From NCBI RefSeq assembly GCF_009914755.1, contig NC_060936.1: DNA of 64,000 nucleotides. One strand, written 5' to 3'. The translations under genes were made by a program, and so were the position numbers. Positions 17,302 through 33,467 of the stretch are shown one piece after another (the stretch's first letter is position 1; the number at the start of each line of letters is the position of its first letter). Under the pieces are notes generated by a model, which made no database searches, was not told where the DNA came from, and was given only the letters and a program-made list of their open reading frames with translations. This DNA is from the human T2T-CHM13v2.0 reference genome, Homo sapiens.

Positions 17302-17604
17302 CTTTTCTTTTTTTTTTTCTTTTGAGACGGAGTCTCGCTCTATCACCCAGGCTGGAGTGCAGTGGCGCTATCTTGGCTCACTGCAAACTCCGCTTCCCGG
17401 GTTCACGCCATTCTCTTGCCTCAGCCTCCTGAGTAGCTGGGACTACAGGCGCCCGCCACCGCGCCCGGCTAATTTTTTGTATTTTCAGTAGAGACGAGGT
17501 TTCACCGTGTTAGCCAGGATGGTCTCGATCTCCTGACCTCGTGATCCACCCGCCTCGGCCTCCCAAAGTGCTGGGATTACAGGCTTGAGCCACCGCGCCC
17601 AGCC
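17302..17604 (-). mobile_element. AluY-like
   Basis: CpG-rich, near-consensus antisense Alu; imperfect TSD CAATTA(T/C)TAT(C/G)CTTTT. Confidence 0.95.
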
Positions 17605-18052
17605 AATTACTATGCTTTTCTTTGAGTGCCATTAAAGTTTGAAACAAGGTGGGGAAGCACTGTTCTAATCAATTAGCTGGGAACAAGGAGAACATGAATA
17701 ATATCACTAGGCAAACACAGTCGTTTGGTTTAGGGAAGAGTATCACAGATTTCAGCAGAGAATGAATGAGGAAGCGGATTAGATTTTTTTCTGACTCTAA
17801 ATCACTTCAATTCTATTTTCATATTAGACTTTATATCATTAATATGATATGTATATTAGTATCAAACTTCTGCAAATTTTACTTGTTAATACTCCTCTAC
17901 ATATACCCAGATAAGTTCCAGGAGGAATAAAGACTTGAGAAATAGTCATAAAATAAGCAAAAGAAAAATTAGAGGAAAACATTTGATATAGGTCTAAGCA
18001 CAGAGATCAAGAAATGATAAAGAAAAATGTTACATGTTTGGTTGTACTAAAA

Positions 18053-18420
18053 GTTGTCTCCCATTCTGCAGGTTGTCTGTTCATGCTGACAATAGTTTCT
18101 TTTGCTGTTCAGAAGCTCTTAGTTTAATTAGATCCCACTTGTCAATTTTCGCTTTTGTTGCAATTGCTTTTGACATTTTCATCATGAAATCTTTGCTCTT
18201 GCCTGTGTCCTGAATGACATTGCCTAGATTTTCTTCTAGGGTTTTTATAGTTTTGGGTTTTACATTTAAGTCTTTAATCCATCTTTACTTAATTTTTGTA
18301 TAAGGCATAAGGAAGAGATCCAGTTTCAATTTTCCGCATATGGCTAGCCAGTTTCCCCAGCACCATTTATTAAATAGAGAATCCTTTCTCCATTGCTTGT
18401 TTTTGTCAGGTTTGTCAACA
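18053..18420 (-). mobile_element. L1PA internal fragment (antisense)
   Basis: CAGAAGCTCTT...TTTAATTAGATCCCA...TTTTCTTCTAGGGTTTTTATAG, close to primate L1 ORF2. Confidence 0.88.
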
Positions 18421-18440
18421 ATATTTTTACCTAATGCTGA

Positions 18441-18754
<314 letters not shown>

Positions 18755-19309
18755 GATTGCAAAAATATTCTTTAAAAATATTTTAACATAGACCAATATT
18801 TCAACAGAAAAGTAGTCAAATGACATCAGGAGATGATCCACAAATGAACAACTGCAAATGGCCAATAAATACATGAAATATTCAGCCACAGAAATAAAGG
18901 CAAATTAATGAGCAATTGAGAAGGAAACTGGATAAATTTGACTTCAGTTTAGGGAAAATAGGCCCTTTACATAACGGTTGGTTGTTGCGTAACGTGATGA
19001 GCATTTCTGAAGGTCAATTTGGCAATATGTAACACAAAAATATTTTAACGTTCATACCCTTTGACCTTATGTTTTAATTTTTAGGAGTCTATTCTGAAGA
19101 AATTACCAGAGATAACATGAAGATAAATGAAAATGATGTTCATCACAACTTTATTTATATTGTGACTAAAAATTAAAAGCAACTAAATCTACAGATGTGG
19201 TAATAAGTAAATAACAGATTATCATATGGAATTCTGGAAAATCATCAAAATAGTGCCTTTGAGGATTATTTAAGATGTGGAAAATACTGTCTATGAACTG
19301 CTTAAGTTA

Positions 19310-19331
19310 CATATATATTATATCATTCATA

Positions 19332-19362
<31 letters not shown>

Positions 19363-19634
19363 AAATAGAGACAAGGTCTCATTTGGTCACCCAGGCTGGA
19401 GTACAGTGGCTCCATCGTAGCTCACTGTAGCCTCAAATTCCAGAGCTCAAACAGCCTCCCAAGTAGCTAGGACTACAGGCATGCCCACCATGCCAAGCTA
19501 ATTAAAATTTTTTTTTGTAGACACAGGGTCTTGCCGTATTGCTTAGGATGGTCTGAATTCCTGGCCTCAAGCTACCCTCCCACCTCAGCCTCCCAAAGCA
19601 TTGAGATTTCAGGTGTAAGCCACTGCACCTAGCC
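19310..19634 (-). mobile_element. AluJ-like with (TA)n/T tail
   Basis: (TA)n ~19330-19347, poly-T, antisense Alu. Confidence 0.88.
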
Positions 19635-20354
19635 TCAAATATATTTCATATAAGACACTGTCAATTGTAAGAGGCACCAGTATTTTCTCTGGACCTTAAG
19701 AAAGAAAACAACAAAAAAAATGACATTCAAGGTATAGATTGTAATAGAAGACCCTAGCATAAAGTTAGGGTCAGGGTAATGAGAAGTAGACCTGTCTCTA
19801 GAAGGGAACTGTAAAGAAACCAATCAGTCCTTGTTCAGATTGTGGTTTCAACTCCTACTACCAGCATCATCTAAAAAGCTTAAGCAAAAAGAAAATTTAA
19901 AGTGCTCACAGGAGCAAGCTGTGGTTGCACCATCCACTGCACTCCAGCCTGGGTGACAGAGAGAGAACTTGTCTCAAAAAAAAAAAAAAAAAAAAAAAAA
20001 GAGTAGGTTTTGGGTATATTAAGTTTGAGATATCTGTTAGACATCCAAGAGGAGATGTAGAGCAGAAAGTCGTTGCTCAAGGGATGAGACAAGGATAGAG
20101 TTATACACTTGGGAATCACTGTATACAGATGGAACTTAAAGCCACATAACTGGATGAGATGAACCAATGAAATGAGCGCAGACAAGGCAGAAGAGAGTAT
20201 TGGGTATTTCAACATTTCAAGATGGAGGAAGGAGCAGGAGCCAGCAAATGAGACTAAGTTGAAGGAGCTAATGAGGTAGAAGGATAAAGAAACGTTTTCA
20301 GAGGGAAATAGTGTTCAATGGTGTTGAAAACTTCTGAGGCATCAGGAAAGATGG

Positions 20355-21114
<760 letters not shown>

Positions 21115-22059
21115 AAAAAAAATAAAAAAAACTTAAAAAAAAAAATAAAGTGCTCACAGTTCGTAGTTCCCTCCAGGAAGAAGAAAACATCCATCCCCCT
21201 GGCAGAAATGAACCTTAATGCAGGTAGGCAGCAATTTTCTTATTTGTAATTTTGACAACAATTTTAAGATATCATTGATTCTGAAATGTATTATTTCTAT
21301 ATTAGTTGTTAAAAGGTGAAAAATTGTATGTTTAAAATAATTTGAGTGTATTCTCTACACACAATTGGAAGGAAATGCTCAAAAATTTAGCAATGGAGAC
21401 CAGTCTGTTGGATTACATACCTATTTTACAAAATTCACCATGAATATTTATTACACATATTTAAATGTTTACCTTAATTGAGATTCTCATAATTGTCTTC
21501 ATTCTGTTTATAAAATTTAATCTCCTGTGCTAATATATTTCGAATTACTGCCAACCTTTGGCAATAAATCTCAGACAATGAGAATTTTTATAACTTCAGC
21601 ACTTTGGAAAAGGGCTATGTTTATTTTGCCTGGCATGAGTTGTTATTGTTAGCAGGTATAGGAAAGGACTTCTGAAACACACCCAATCCTTCCATTGAGA
21701 GACAGGGTGGCAGGCGGGGAAGGGAAAATAGGGATAAGTGGTTACGAGCATTGTCTCTGGAATCAGAACCATGCTTAGATTTCAGCTTTGACACATACTG
21801 ATGGTAGTGTGGACTTAGGCAAGTTATTTAAATAGCTTGTTTCTTCATTTTTAAAACAGTAATAATTGTGTTATCAAGAGAACTCAATGAAATAATGTAA
21901 AATGACTGCCATGTAATATCACTGTTACTATTTCTTAACTGGTCTGTGAGAGCAACAACTTGATAATATGACTTATTTTTAACATCTCTTTGCTGTTCTT
22001 CATTGTGATCCCCCTTAATGATGCTCACACATAAGACTTGTGAAAATGTATTATCTCTT

Positions 22060-22860
<801 letters not shown>

Positions 22861-23655
22861 TTTTGAATGCCCAGAAGTTTTGATGTTTTCCTTTATTTCT
22901 GAAACTTGTTGCTTTTCATTAACTGTTTTTGCTCTTTTGAAACTACTGTATCCTTTTCATTTGCTTTGAAATAGTATACCTTGCCTTTCATCTTTGCTAA
23001 ATGATTCATCTTATTGTTTTCCTCAACTATTGTGTTCATAATGTCTTTCTTTTATGCTCGGTGCTTCTGCTTCAAAAAGGCAAAAATCAAAATGTAACTT
23101 TTTTCTCAATGTGAGTAACATTGAGATCCGATACCACGTATGGCAGTGTTGAAGAATTATTATCACTGGAACTAGGGTAGTGTCACTCATTACAGAGATG
23201 TCAATCTGACTGCAATGGACCAGTTTGTGCATTCCAATAGAAGACATTAAATCTTGAAACTGACTGTCTACAATCAGTCCTGTGTTATTAAAATGTTTCT
23301 TAACGTCCCTCTAAACATATAAGCTAGTATAATCTTTGTTTAACCATAGGAGTCTTAAAAATTAATTCATGTGATTACATCTTGTAACAATATGGCTCGG
23401 TTGTACGGCGGACATCCCTAGAAAATAATAGGGAGCAATATAAACAAGAGAGAAGTAGACAGCAAGAGCGATTATTTGTATAAGCCGCCATGTGGGTTGT
23501 TGAATCCCGTTTGCAGACTCAAAGAACTAGCCATGAGCCTTGTTCATTGGCCACTTACTCTGTTATTTATTTATTATTATGAATTCTACATTGTTTCATT
23601 TAATATTAGCCACATTTTAATACATAACATTGAAATAAAAGCACATTTTCAAAAA

Positions 23656-23813
23656 TTACATTTATTATATCTAAATAAAACTCTAATTGTATAAAAATTT
23701 ATCATTTTCGTGTTCTACTCTGCTTTAATAACATTTATTTACATTTATTATATCTAAAACTCTAATTGTATAAAAATTTATCATTTTCGTGTTCTACTCT
23801 GCTTTAATAACAT
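23656..23813. repeat. Tandem duplication of a ~79-bp unit
   Basis: 23656-23734 and 23739-23813 are identical apart from a 4-nt indel. Confidence 0.95.
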
Positions 23814-24479
23814 GGAAAAATCAAAATTGCTTTTCTTGGTGTTCCCCAAGGACAGCACAATGTATTTAAAACACAACTTAGCTGTAAAACAGAACCTTTT
23901 CATATATAGATATTGGTTGAAGAAATATTCTCTGTGTAATTAAAATGTTTAGAGAAGCCATACTATTTTCATTGTGTTCAGAAAAAGTTTGTACTATAAC
24001 TATATTTTGGTATAATAAAATATATTCTAGTATTAGATTGGTACAGTGAATTCCTATTTACCTGGAATAATTATTAAAAATGTGTCCTGGTAAATTTAAT
24101 ATTACAGTTACCTAAGAGTTATAACTGAATTAAAAGATAATTTCAAAAACTTCACAGCACTAAAACTATAAGCAGCTTAATTTAATCTTTGATGAGTTAG
24201 TAAACAATTCAGAAACTTACAGTGCCTCATTTCATAATGAACCTCACTTATTGTAGGATAAAACTGAAAATTCTAGTTATTTGATTTTTCTGATTAGTTG
24301 GATTATGAATAAGCCATGTATTTCGGAAAGGTCATGAAAGCTGTGTCATATATACACTCACGTATTTTCCTATTAATCTTTCTTACCCCTGTTATGGGCA
24401 TTACAGAAAAGAGAGATTAAAACTTATGCCCTCATCCCCATTGGGAAGCAGACATGAAAATTATTCCAGTTACTCTAAA

Positions 24480-24660
24480 CCAGAGTGTTTCAAAGAATGA
24501 TCTGTGGACAACCTGTCTTAGAATTACCTTGAGTATTTGTTAGATATGCAGATTCCTGAACCATTCACCAGACTTGCTGAATTGCTGTGTCTGGGAAAGA
24601 CCCCAGGATATTAACGAACTATCAAAGTAATTCTGATTTTTAAGTTTGAGACCCACTGCC
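24480..24660. mobile_element. MER5-like hAT-Charlie MITE
   Basis: CAGAGTGTTTCAAAG...ATGCAGATTCCTG...AAGTTTGAGACCCACTG. Confidence 0.7.
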
Positions 24661-25581
24661 ATACAGTTTCTGGATATGATTTGAGGTATCAACCTAGAGA
24701 GGATCATCAGAGCAGCTCCAAATAATTCTTCCCATGAATGTTGATATAGGAAAAAGAGTGACAAAGATTGAAATGGGTGTGTTACTTCCCACAGAGTAGA
24801 AGAACAGGAAATAATATGTTATGCCATCAGGCCAAAGGAATTTTAGAGGCAAAGTTGGAAACAGTTTAGAGCTATTTCATTCATGTTGCTAATATCGATG
24901 CTTACTTAATATATGGAGTTTCCAATATATTTTTCCTTATTGATATGAAGTAACATGAAATTTGCTGACTCCCATTTGATTCATTTGGAAGATGGTTTGA
25001 TTGCTTTAAAGCCTTGCTTTTACTTCAGATACTGTAGTAAATGTCTCTTCCGGGTCTCTTTCCACTAAATGTTTTGAATTTTTCAGAGCTTTGGTTGTGA
25101 TACAGTTACATATTTTCATTAACATGAGCAAATTTTACTTGTTCTTGTAACTGTTATCACTGGGAACAGAGTATAAATGGTTTCTACGAGGAACTCTTAT
25201 TTTTATTTCATTTTATGTTACCATGAAAAAATAAGTGGTTGATGGTTTATTTGGTCTATTTGTTTTCCCTACGAGAGTTGAAACATATAAATTACACTTT
25301 ACTCATTCCCCCCACCACTATAAAGTGTCAGTCAACAGCATGTATTAAGTATTCTTTACCCTTTGAGGAGTCACGAAAGGAGGCAGACTCTCACTTCCTT
25401 TGCAAATCTCTTTATTACTATTGAGATTTCAGTCAGTATCCAAGTCCTGCCAAGTTTTTCCCTATATCTCTACTATCCACATATCCAAAAGTGAGCATGG
25501 CTCACTTTTGCTCAGGAGCAGCTTTCGTTAGGCCACAAGCTGGCCATGAAGGTTGGCCTTACTTTCTCTTCCACTTGTCTA

Positions 25582-26027
<446 letters not shown>

Positions 26028-26480
26028 TCAATCATCAATTGTGAATAACAGTCTTTCCCTGTATCTGCAAGTGGGTGGAAACCATACCTCTTCTTCTTGC
26101 TGCTTTGACCTTTCAGTCTCCACAAAATTAGACACCAGGGCCTGGTAAGGTGATTCCAGAACAGAATTACAAAGTAGGAGAGACAAGGGTTAAAGTTTTG
26201 CAGCTCTACTTCAAATTTCCCCTTGTATCACCCAAGGGTCTTATGGTTTCAGACAGAGAGTCACCTTCCTGAATGCTTCTGCTTGACCTGCTGTAGATTC
26301 AAGTTATTACTCCAAATGGATCCCCTTCTTTGAATCTTTCAACTGTCCCTACTCCTCCACTGAAAGGAGCCTTATAGTCTGAGCCCTTCTTCCTTCCCAC
26401 CCATACCATACACTGTCCAATCAAGTAAGGCCACAGGTTTGGGCTGCGAGGACCACACTGGGAAAAATATCCCTGCCTCT

Positions 26481-26483
<3 letters not shown>

Positions 26484-26517
<34 letters not shown>

Positions 26518-26525
26518 TGTGTGTG
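26484..26525. repeat. (TG)n microsatellite
   Basis: About 16 uninterrupted TG units then TCTGTGTGTG. Confidence 0.95.
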
Positions 26526-26968
26526 CACGCGCTCATGTGTGTAGGTCGGGGGATGATTGGTGAACTGACTGTGGGTCCTCCAATCCATGTTTCCTATTCA
26601 ATATTCCCTCCAGCAGGAACTCTGACCCTAGGGTTCCTTTGCTAACCAACCCATACATTAAACATGCACATGCACACACTTATACACATTCATAAAGATT
26701 ATACAGCATAGTATCAAACCTGTATTGAGAACAGAATGTATCCACGATACTAATAAAGCTCATGCCCTGGCTGGAAAATAAATAGATCTGTAAAGAAAAC
26801 TAACATCTTTACTGATCTCTTCAAGATTTTCAAGAGAGCTGGACTAACAATGAATTTCTCTCCATTTCACACTGGTCACATTACACAAGTTTTTTGTTTG
26901 TTTCAGAATTTGCCTCTGACTGAAATATGGGGACTTATGGGGTGTGAGTGAGTTTACCAGTTTCTCTC

Positions 26969-27160
26969 TAGGGCTGCCAGGTTTAGCGAATAAAAATGTG
27001 GAATGCCCAGTTAAACTTGAATTTCTGGTAAACCATGAATAATGTTTTAGTGTAAGTTTGCCCCATGCAATACTTAGGATATACTTATACTAAAAAATGT
27101 TTTTGATTTTTATCTAAAATTCAAATGTATCTGGGTACTCTGCATTTTATCCGGCAACTT
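26969..27160. mobile_element. MER53-like palindromic hAT MITE
   Basis: TAGGGCTGCCAG...CCCAGTTAAACTTGAATTTC ... AAATTCAAATGTATCTGGG...CCGGCAACTT; long imperfect inverted arms. Confidence 0.8.
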
Positions 27161-27319
27161 TTTTCCTACCATATCTCCTTGTTCATCTTGAGTCTCACTG
27201 CTACCATTTAGTCTAGGGGTCCTCATCATCTCAAGTCTGGGTATCTGCAATACTTGCCTGGGTGAGCTTCCCAACACTACTCTTCTTCCAATCTTCTCCA
27301 CCGCCCATTTTTTAGAACT

Positions 27320-27404
27320 GTTTTCTTTCCTTTTCTCTTTCTCTTTCTCTCTCCTTCCTTCTTCCCTCCCTCCCTCCTTCTTTCTCTTTCTTTCTTTTTC
27401 TTTT

Positions 27405-27475
<71 letters not shown>

Positions 27476-27593
27476 CTCTCTTTCTCTCTCTCTTTCTTTC
27501 TCTCTCTCTCTCTTTCTTTCTCTTCCTTCCTTCCTTCTCTCTCTCTCTTTCTTTCTCTCTCTTTCTTCCTTTTTTCTTTCTTTTTTTTCTTTT
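27320..27593. repeat. Polypyrimidine compound microsatellite, (TTTC)~18 with (TC)/(TTCC), in the tail of an antisense AluJ
   Basis: ~275 nt almost purely C/T; TTTC run ~27403-27474; abuts Alu 27594-27867. Confidence 0.95.
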
Positions 27594-27867
27594 GACAGTC
27601 TTTCTGTCGCCTGGGCTGGAGTTCAGTGGTGCAATCATGGCTCACAGCAGCCTTGACATCCCAAGCTCAAGTGGTCCTCCCACTTTAGCCTCCCTAGTAG
27701 CTGGGACTTCAGACACTACACCACATCTGGCTAATTAAAAAAAATTATTTTTTTATACAGATGGGGTCTCCCTGTGTTGACCAGGCTGTTCTCAAACTAC
27801 TCAAGTGATCCTCGTTCCTTGGCCTCTCAGGTTGCTGGGATTATAGGCATGAGCCACCACACCTGGC
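27594..27867 (-). mobile_element. AluJ-like
   Basis: Diverged antisense Alu dimer. Confidence 0.88.
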
Positions 27868-27999
27868 TAGAAGCTACTTTCATTAAGTTCTCTTCCACCC
27901 AATAAATTATGATGACTCCTATTGCTTTCCAAAGTGACTTCCAGTCAGTGTGTACTTATATACCACATTTTAAGCATTTTAATGTAAACTTTTAAGTTT

Positions 28000-28661
28000 T
28001 CCTTCTTCTTTCACATTCCACATTTGGTCTGTCAGCAAATCCAGTGGGCCTCTCCTTCCAAATATATCTGCAATTTAATCACTTTCCACCACCGCCACTG
28101 CGTATTCTCTACTCCAATCACCTCCTGTCTCACCTGGGTTATTTCAAGACCTCCTAACAAAGTCTGTACATGCCTTATCAGAATAGCCAGAGTTATTCTT
28201 AAAATGTGAGTCAAGTAATGTCACTGCTCCACTGAAAACGCTATGATAGCCTCCCATCTCCCATAAAAGCCCAAGTCTTTATAATGACCCATAAGATCCT
28301 GTAAGATTGCCTCCCAGGCCACAGCTCCTAATGTTCTCCCCATCTCCTCACTGCCCTTTTTACCATCTACTCCCTAACCTGGCCTCCAGGATGGGCCTCC
28401 TATGGAGCAGGCATGCTTTCACCTTGGGCGCAGCCTTTTGCTTGCTGTTCCCTCCTCTCCCAGGTATTTGAATGGCTTGCTTTCTTCTTTCACGTCATTA
28501 CTCTCACTTCCCCAACACTTTTAGCAATGTTTTCTGCCTTATTTATCTTATCAGTAGTTACTACTCTTTAACTTACTAAATATTTTACTGATTTATCTTG
28601 TTTATTGTCTATCTAGCACATAGCAAACATTTGGTAGATATTTGAGTGAATGAATGAATGA
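28000..28661 (+). mobile_element. L2 3' portion
   Basis: Ends TAGCACATAG...TATTTGAGTGAATGAATGAATGA, the typical L2 (TGAA)n terminus. Confidence 0.8.
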
Positions 28662-30919
28662 CTGCAAAGATGATTTCCCTTGTTGAAGATATTTTTAAAA
28701 TTGCATCATATATTTTGATGGCAATTCTAAAAGTGGTTTTCACAAAATAGTTTGAATAATCATTAAATGTGTGTGTAGTCTTCTAACATTATTGCTTTGA
28801 GTGAGTTAAAAAATTTTTAAAATTATAAAAATAATTACTGTTAGTAACTTTAGGTATAAATATAAAAAGTAATTTTGAAGAAAAATGTGTTGAAGAGATT
28901 ACTAAATCTGAACAGATTTCCTTAAGAGGTAATTATGAATACAAATGTAGGACTCTGAGCTGTGAAGAGAAACTGAGTCATGAGTCATTTAAGACAGAGA
29001 AAATCATATCAGATAAGGCTTTAAAGGCAAAGAATGACTTTGCAGTGATTGAAAGTTGGGAGGCAATAATAAAAATTAGTATTAGTACCACATTGATATG
29101 TATTAAGGACGTACCATATGCTTGCATGGAGTTAAGTGCTAAGCACCATGTGTGGTAGGTACTTTCACTTTTCCATTTTATAGACACAAGTATCAAGGCT
29201 TTAGAGAAGTTACTTGCCCACTGTCCCAAAGTTTTCATGGTAGAAGCCACTCTTGGATAGATGTGTCTGATACCAAAGCCCAAGTCCCTGACTCCTGAGT
29301 GGTCCTGACTCTTATGTGGCCATTGGGCTATAACAGCAGCTTGCAGGGTGAAAATCCCTTGAGGCACCATTTTGGAGAACAACATGCCATTTTCCCGGAA
29401 ACCTAACACAGCTAGAGTTTCCTCTACCACTGGACCAGATTGTAGCCATTTTGGCTGAACAACAGATAAAAGAACTGATCTGCAGTTAAGGCCAAGTTGT
29501 TTGAAAAATATACACTTTTAGAATTGGACATACATACCCATAAGGTGAGATGCTGGCAATACAAGAAGCACTTTGGAACAGAGACTGAGTGAATAAAGAG
29601 CAGAATCAAGTCTCCTATCAGAATGCTTCTGTACCACTTAAAAAGTTAATTCTTCTCCTTGCCCTGTTCTGTGTGTGTGTAGTTGATTTTTGCCTATTCC
29701 ACTTTACGTTATAAAACCTTGCCAAAAGCCACACAGCTTTGCTGGTCTAGAGACAATTACTTAATTCTCCATAATATGGAAAATCTTGTTAAATATTTAT
29801 TACTTACTGCAGCATATCCAAAGCAAAATCTGGCAGAGTCAGGCAGCATGTCAATCACGGGAGTATAGGCTTCAACTTCCTCCAGAATTAATCAACAAAA
29901 GGGATAGCTTCGACTGTGTCAAACAGAAAATACCATCATCGGAGATGCAGGCAAATAACTTTACTGTGAAAAGAAGGACAATGGTTACTTTAATTTGGTC
30001 TTCTCTCTCTGCTTAGGAATCCCACCTGATTTCCTGGTAGTGAGTGCTTATTATTTTAACACACTTGGTGACTGGGGGCTGGATGATGTCATGGCAATGG
30101 AGATCATTTTTCAGAATCTGAGAGAAAAATTCAGATGTCTCCCTTAGCCAGTCAGTATTCACGGTGTGCCCCCGACATTGTTGAGGACAGTTCTCAACCC
30201 TATTCCCACTGTAGCACATTGAGGCAAGAGATATGCTTCTATCAGTGTAAGGCAGTGTTCTCAGAGGTGAGAGTATTGACCGCCCACTTCCCACTATAGG
30301 AAAGCAGAATTTGGGGAGTTTGTATTGAGTGTAGTTTGAAGAATTACATCCCCCTAAGAGGTATTACTCTCACTCTCCAATTGAGTATTAATTGGTTTAG
30401 AACAGTGGCACTTGTTTTGCAGTTGTTGGCATCCACCTAAGATGTTTCTTGGTATATGTGAAGTGGGGGCTGTCCCAAGGCTTTGTGCAGTGTCTGAGGA
30501 GATTTTATTAAAGAGCTGAGAATAGCACCTTGGGCAGGTTACAGCTTAGATGCCTTTCATGTTTACCTATTCTTTTTGAAAGAGGCTGCCCCAAGCACAG
30601 CCCTATAAAAAGACAGCAACACAGTCTGTTTATTTAGGATGGGTGGCCATGTTCTGTTGGCATGTGACCTTCCCATCTTAGCCACAACTGAAGAACTAGC
30701 ACCTGGATCGGGGGCGGCCAGTGGCTTGTGAGACAGACTCAATATAAGAATGGTGATAGAATCAGATTCTCCCCCCTGGGGCATTTGGTTATGAGATATA
30801 TGGAGAGAGTTGGCACCTGGTTGTGGGAACAGAAGTGGAAATACAGGCAGAGAGACAAAGAGCTGTGGTTACACAACTTGAATTATTGTGTGTTCTGAAG
30901 ACATTTCATGAGTTGCAGC

Positions 30920-31105
30920 TGTGGTATGCCAGAGCTGGCTCTACGGCCCCAAAAACTGGTTGTGTGGATCCCTTCCCAACCCTGCCTTCAGAGACATCTG
31001 GTTGGTGGGAGTATTTGTACCATGTGAATTGGTTAATACTGTAGATCAGGGCCCCTAGCCCTTTCATCCAGATCTGGTTGTTAAATGTTTACCAGCACAC
31101 CACTG
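30920..31105. mobile_element. MER63-like hAT element
   Basis: CTGTGGTATGCCAG...GGTTGTTAAATGTTTACCAGCACACCACTG termini. Confidence 0.6.
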
Positions 31106-33041
31106 GGTTGGGGGAGGGATGGTGTAGGAAGCAGGCAGAAGCAGCTACCTCCTCTGGGTCTTTACCCTTAAAATCAATGTTGAATGGAATATGGTAACAT
31201 GATTGTTATTAAGGCTATAATAAAGAAGACATTTAAAAAGCATTGTAAAATACATGATTAAAATATCAATGGTTAAACTACAAAACTTATAGGAATGTGG
31301 TCAAGGGGGTAGTACCTTTCCCATTCCCCTAGCTTTCAAAGGCACAGGCCCCGCCCACCATGCCCACAAAGGATGATCTGACAAGCCAGGTAAGCCTCTG
31401 GTCTTATTTCCACATGTATTCTTTACCTTGGTTACTTGAGGTAACCTGAGTGCATACCAGTTACTTAAAACCAAAAGCGCCCAATGAATACAGTTTTTGA
31501 ATGCCACTTTTTTTTAATGTAGAGAAAATAAGACAGATTAGTATGGTAAAAGTATATATGCACTTTAGAATGAGGATTTAATTCTAATACTACTTCACTT
31601 CTTCCTGGTAGCATATTACTTACCTATGCCTCAGTCTCCTTAGCTGTAAAATAGGGATAAAAATAATCTCAGAGATATTTGTAAGAATTAAATGAGATAT
31701 CAGTTATAAAAAACATCTAGCACAGTGTCTGGCACTTATCATGCACTTAGTAACTTTAGTTCTTTTCTGCCACTCTTAGCATATTTATTCAAGCCTTTAG
31801 AATAGTGGTTGGCATTGCTGACAGTGATGTCAGCTATGTTGATACAATGAACTCTCTATTTTTACTAACATGAATTGGGTTGTAATGATATTGCATTTTT
31901 TATAATTCTATATTTTTGTATGTAAGGTTCTTCACTAAAATATTTTAAATATAGGCATAATTATTGCAATCCTTTGAAACATGCTTTACACTTAGGGAGC
32001 TTCTAAATTCCTTTCTACAAATGGCTGTGCCCATTTTATTTTTGTTTTTAAACAAACATTTGGACTATGGGCAAAGAACTTTGCAAAGTGTTGTGGGGGA
32101 AGTAGAAAAACAGACACTTATGTAACACAAGGCTATAAAAAAAGAGGAAACGGAGGGAATACTGAAGAGCTTCTTCAGTATTTCCAACTACCTAGGTTCT
32201 AGGTACCTAATTAAATAGTCATGTTATGTGTCATTTAAATCCTTTATTCATTGCATTACAATTTATTCACCATTACTTTATCTGGGTCATCTACCCTTAG
32301 TCCCATTATAATTGCCAATGCATTAAGGGTGACATTTGCCCATTTGCTATATGTAATTCACAGGATGTGGTGTTTTTCAGTACCAGATGTTTTGAGGGGA
32401 GCCACTTGCAATGGACTGTTTTTTGGTGTATGTGTTTTAATAGTTTGCCAGAACTGAGTTTGATTTGAAACAACGTTCTTGATTTTCAAATACAGCATTT
32501 TCAAACAAATAGTGTGATGTACAAATTACCATCACTTTAGTTCACGTTGAAATAATCCACACTCTAAATCTGTTTGACATTTACCCCTTAAGTATTTTGG
32601 ATCAATAAATCATTTCTGTATCATCTAGCATCTTAAAATGTTCGTAAGTAACTACTTAATACCCTACATATCCAGGTCCTGTCCCATTAGTTTGAGGGAA
32701 AAAATATATTATAGTAATTAAGACATAATTATGTTGTCTTGAAAAGCTAAGGGTCATTTGGACTTGATTACCCAAGGAGTTATCAGTGCCAAGGAAAATT
32801 AGGCAACTACAGGCTTGGGCCTGTAATTAAACATCTAGGACTGACATTTTGTTCATCAGAGGTGGCACCTTCTGAATGAATTACACCATTTCATTTTAGA
32901 CAAGCTACGGTACATACAAAACAAGTGTGTGGAGGGGGTTGGGGGGTGGACATGAATAGAGATTGGAGGTGGAGAGAAAGACCGGTGTAAACTTAAGCAT
33001 TTTGTTGTGAAAAACTACTGTTCAGCCAGCCTGCCTGGGCT

Positions 33042-33051
33042 CCATATATGG
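33042..33051. promoter_or_regulatory. Perfect CArG box (SRF site) upstream of MSRB3
   Basis: CCATATATGG = CC(A/T)6GG. Confidence 0.55.
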
Positions 33052-33467
33052 TGTTCAAATATAAGTTTGGGACGAGCACCTTTGCAATTTTGGCCAAGAA
33101 CACACACACACTCACCCTCCTCTGCTAGAGAGGGCCCGCTCACCTGGAACGCAGGCGGCTGGTTCTCCGTATTACAGTGAGTGCTCGTTCTGTATGTATA
33201 GGATGGCCAAGTAACTAACTGGCAGCCCTGCTCCTGCCTCACTCTCCCACAACTTTTTATCCCCTCACCACCAACGCTCTCAACAACCCCTGACACGTCT
33301 TCCCACAGGTCCCTGGCTCGCTGTCCGGTCTCTTCGTGTTGGTTTGTCCATTTCCCACTCCTTCAGCGGTCTCAGGTGGAACACGCCAGGTGGGCGCTTG
33401 GCTGTGTTCTGGGGTCCCGAGTTGGAAAGGGATGCCCCCAGGCAGAAGGCGGCCGGCAGCCCTGGGG

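Noticed and set aside
27277-27645. Minus-strand K/E/R-rich ORFs (122 and 108 aa)
   Set aside because: They are translations of the (TTTC)n/(TC)n microsatellite and adjacent Alu.
28978-29430. 150-aa minus-strand ORF
   Set aside because: Overlaps a MIR-like repeat, has no ATG at the listed start, and has no recognisable domain.
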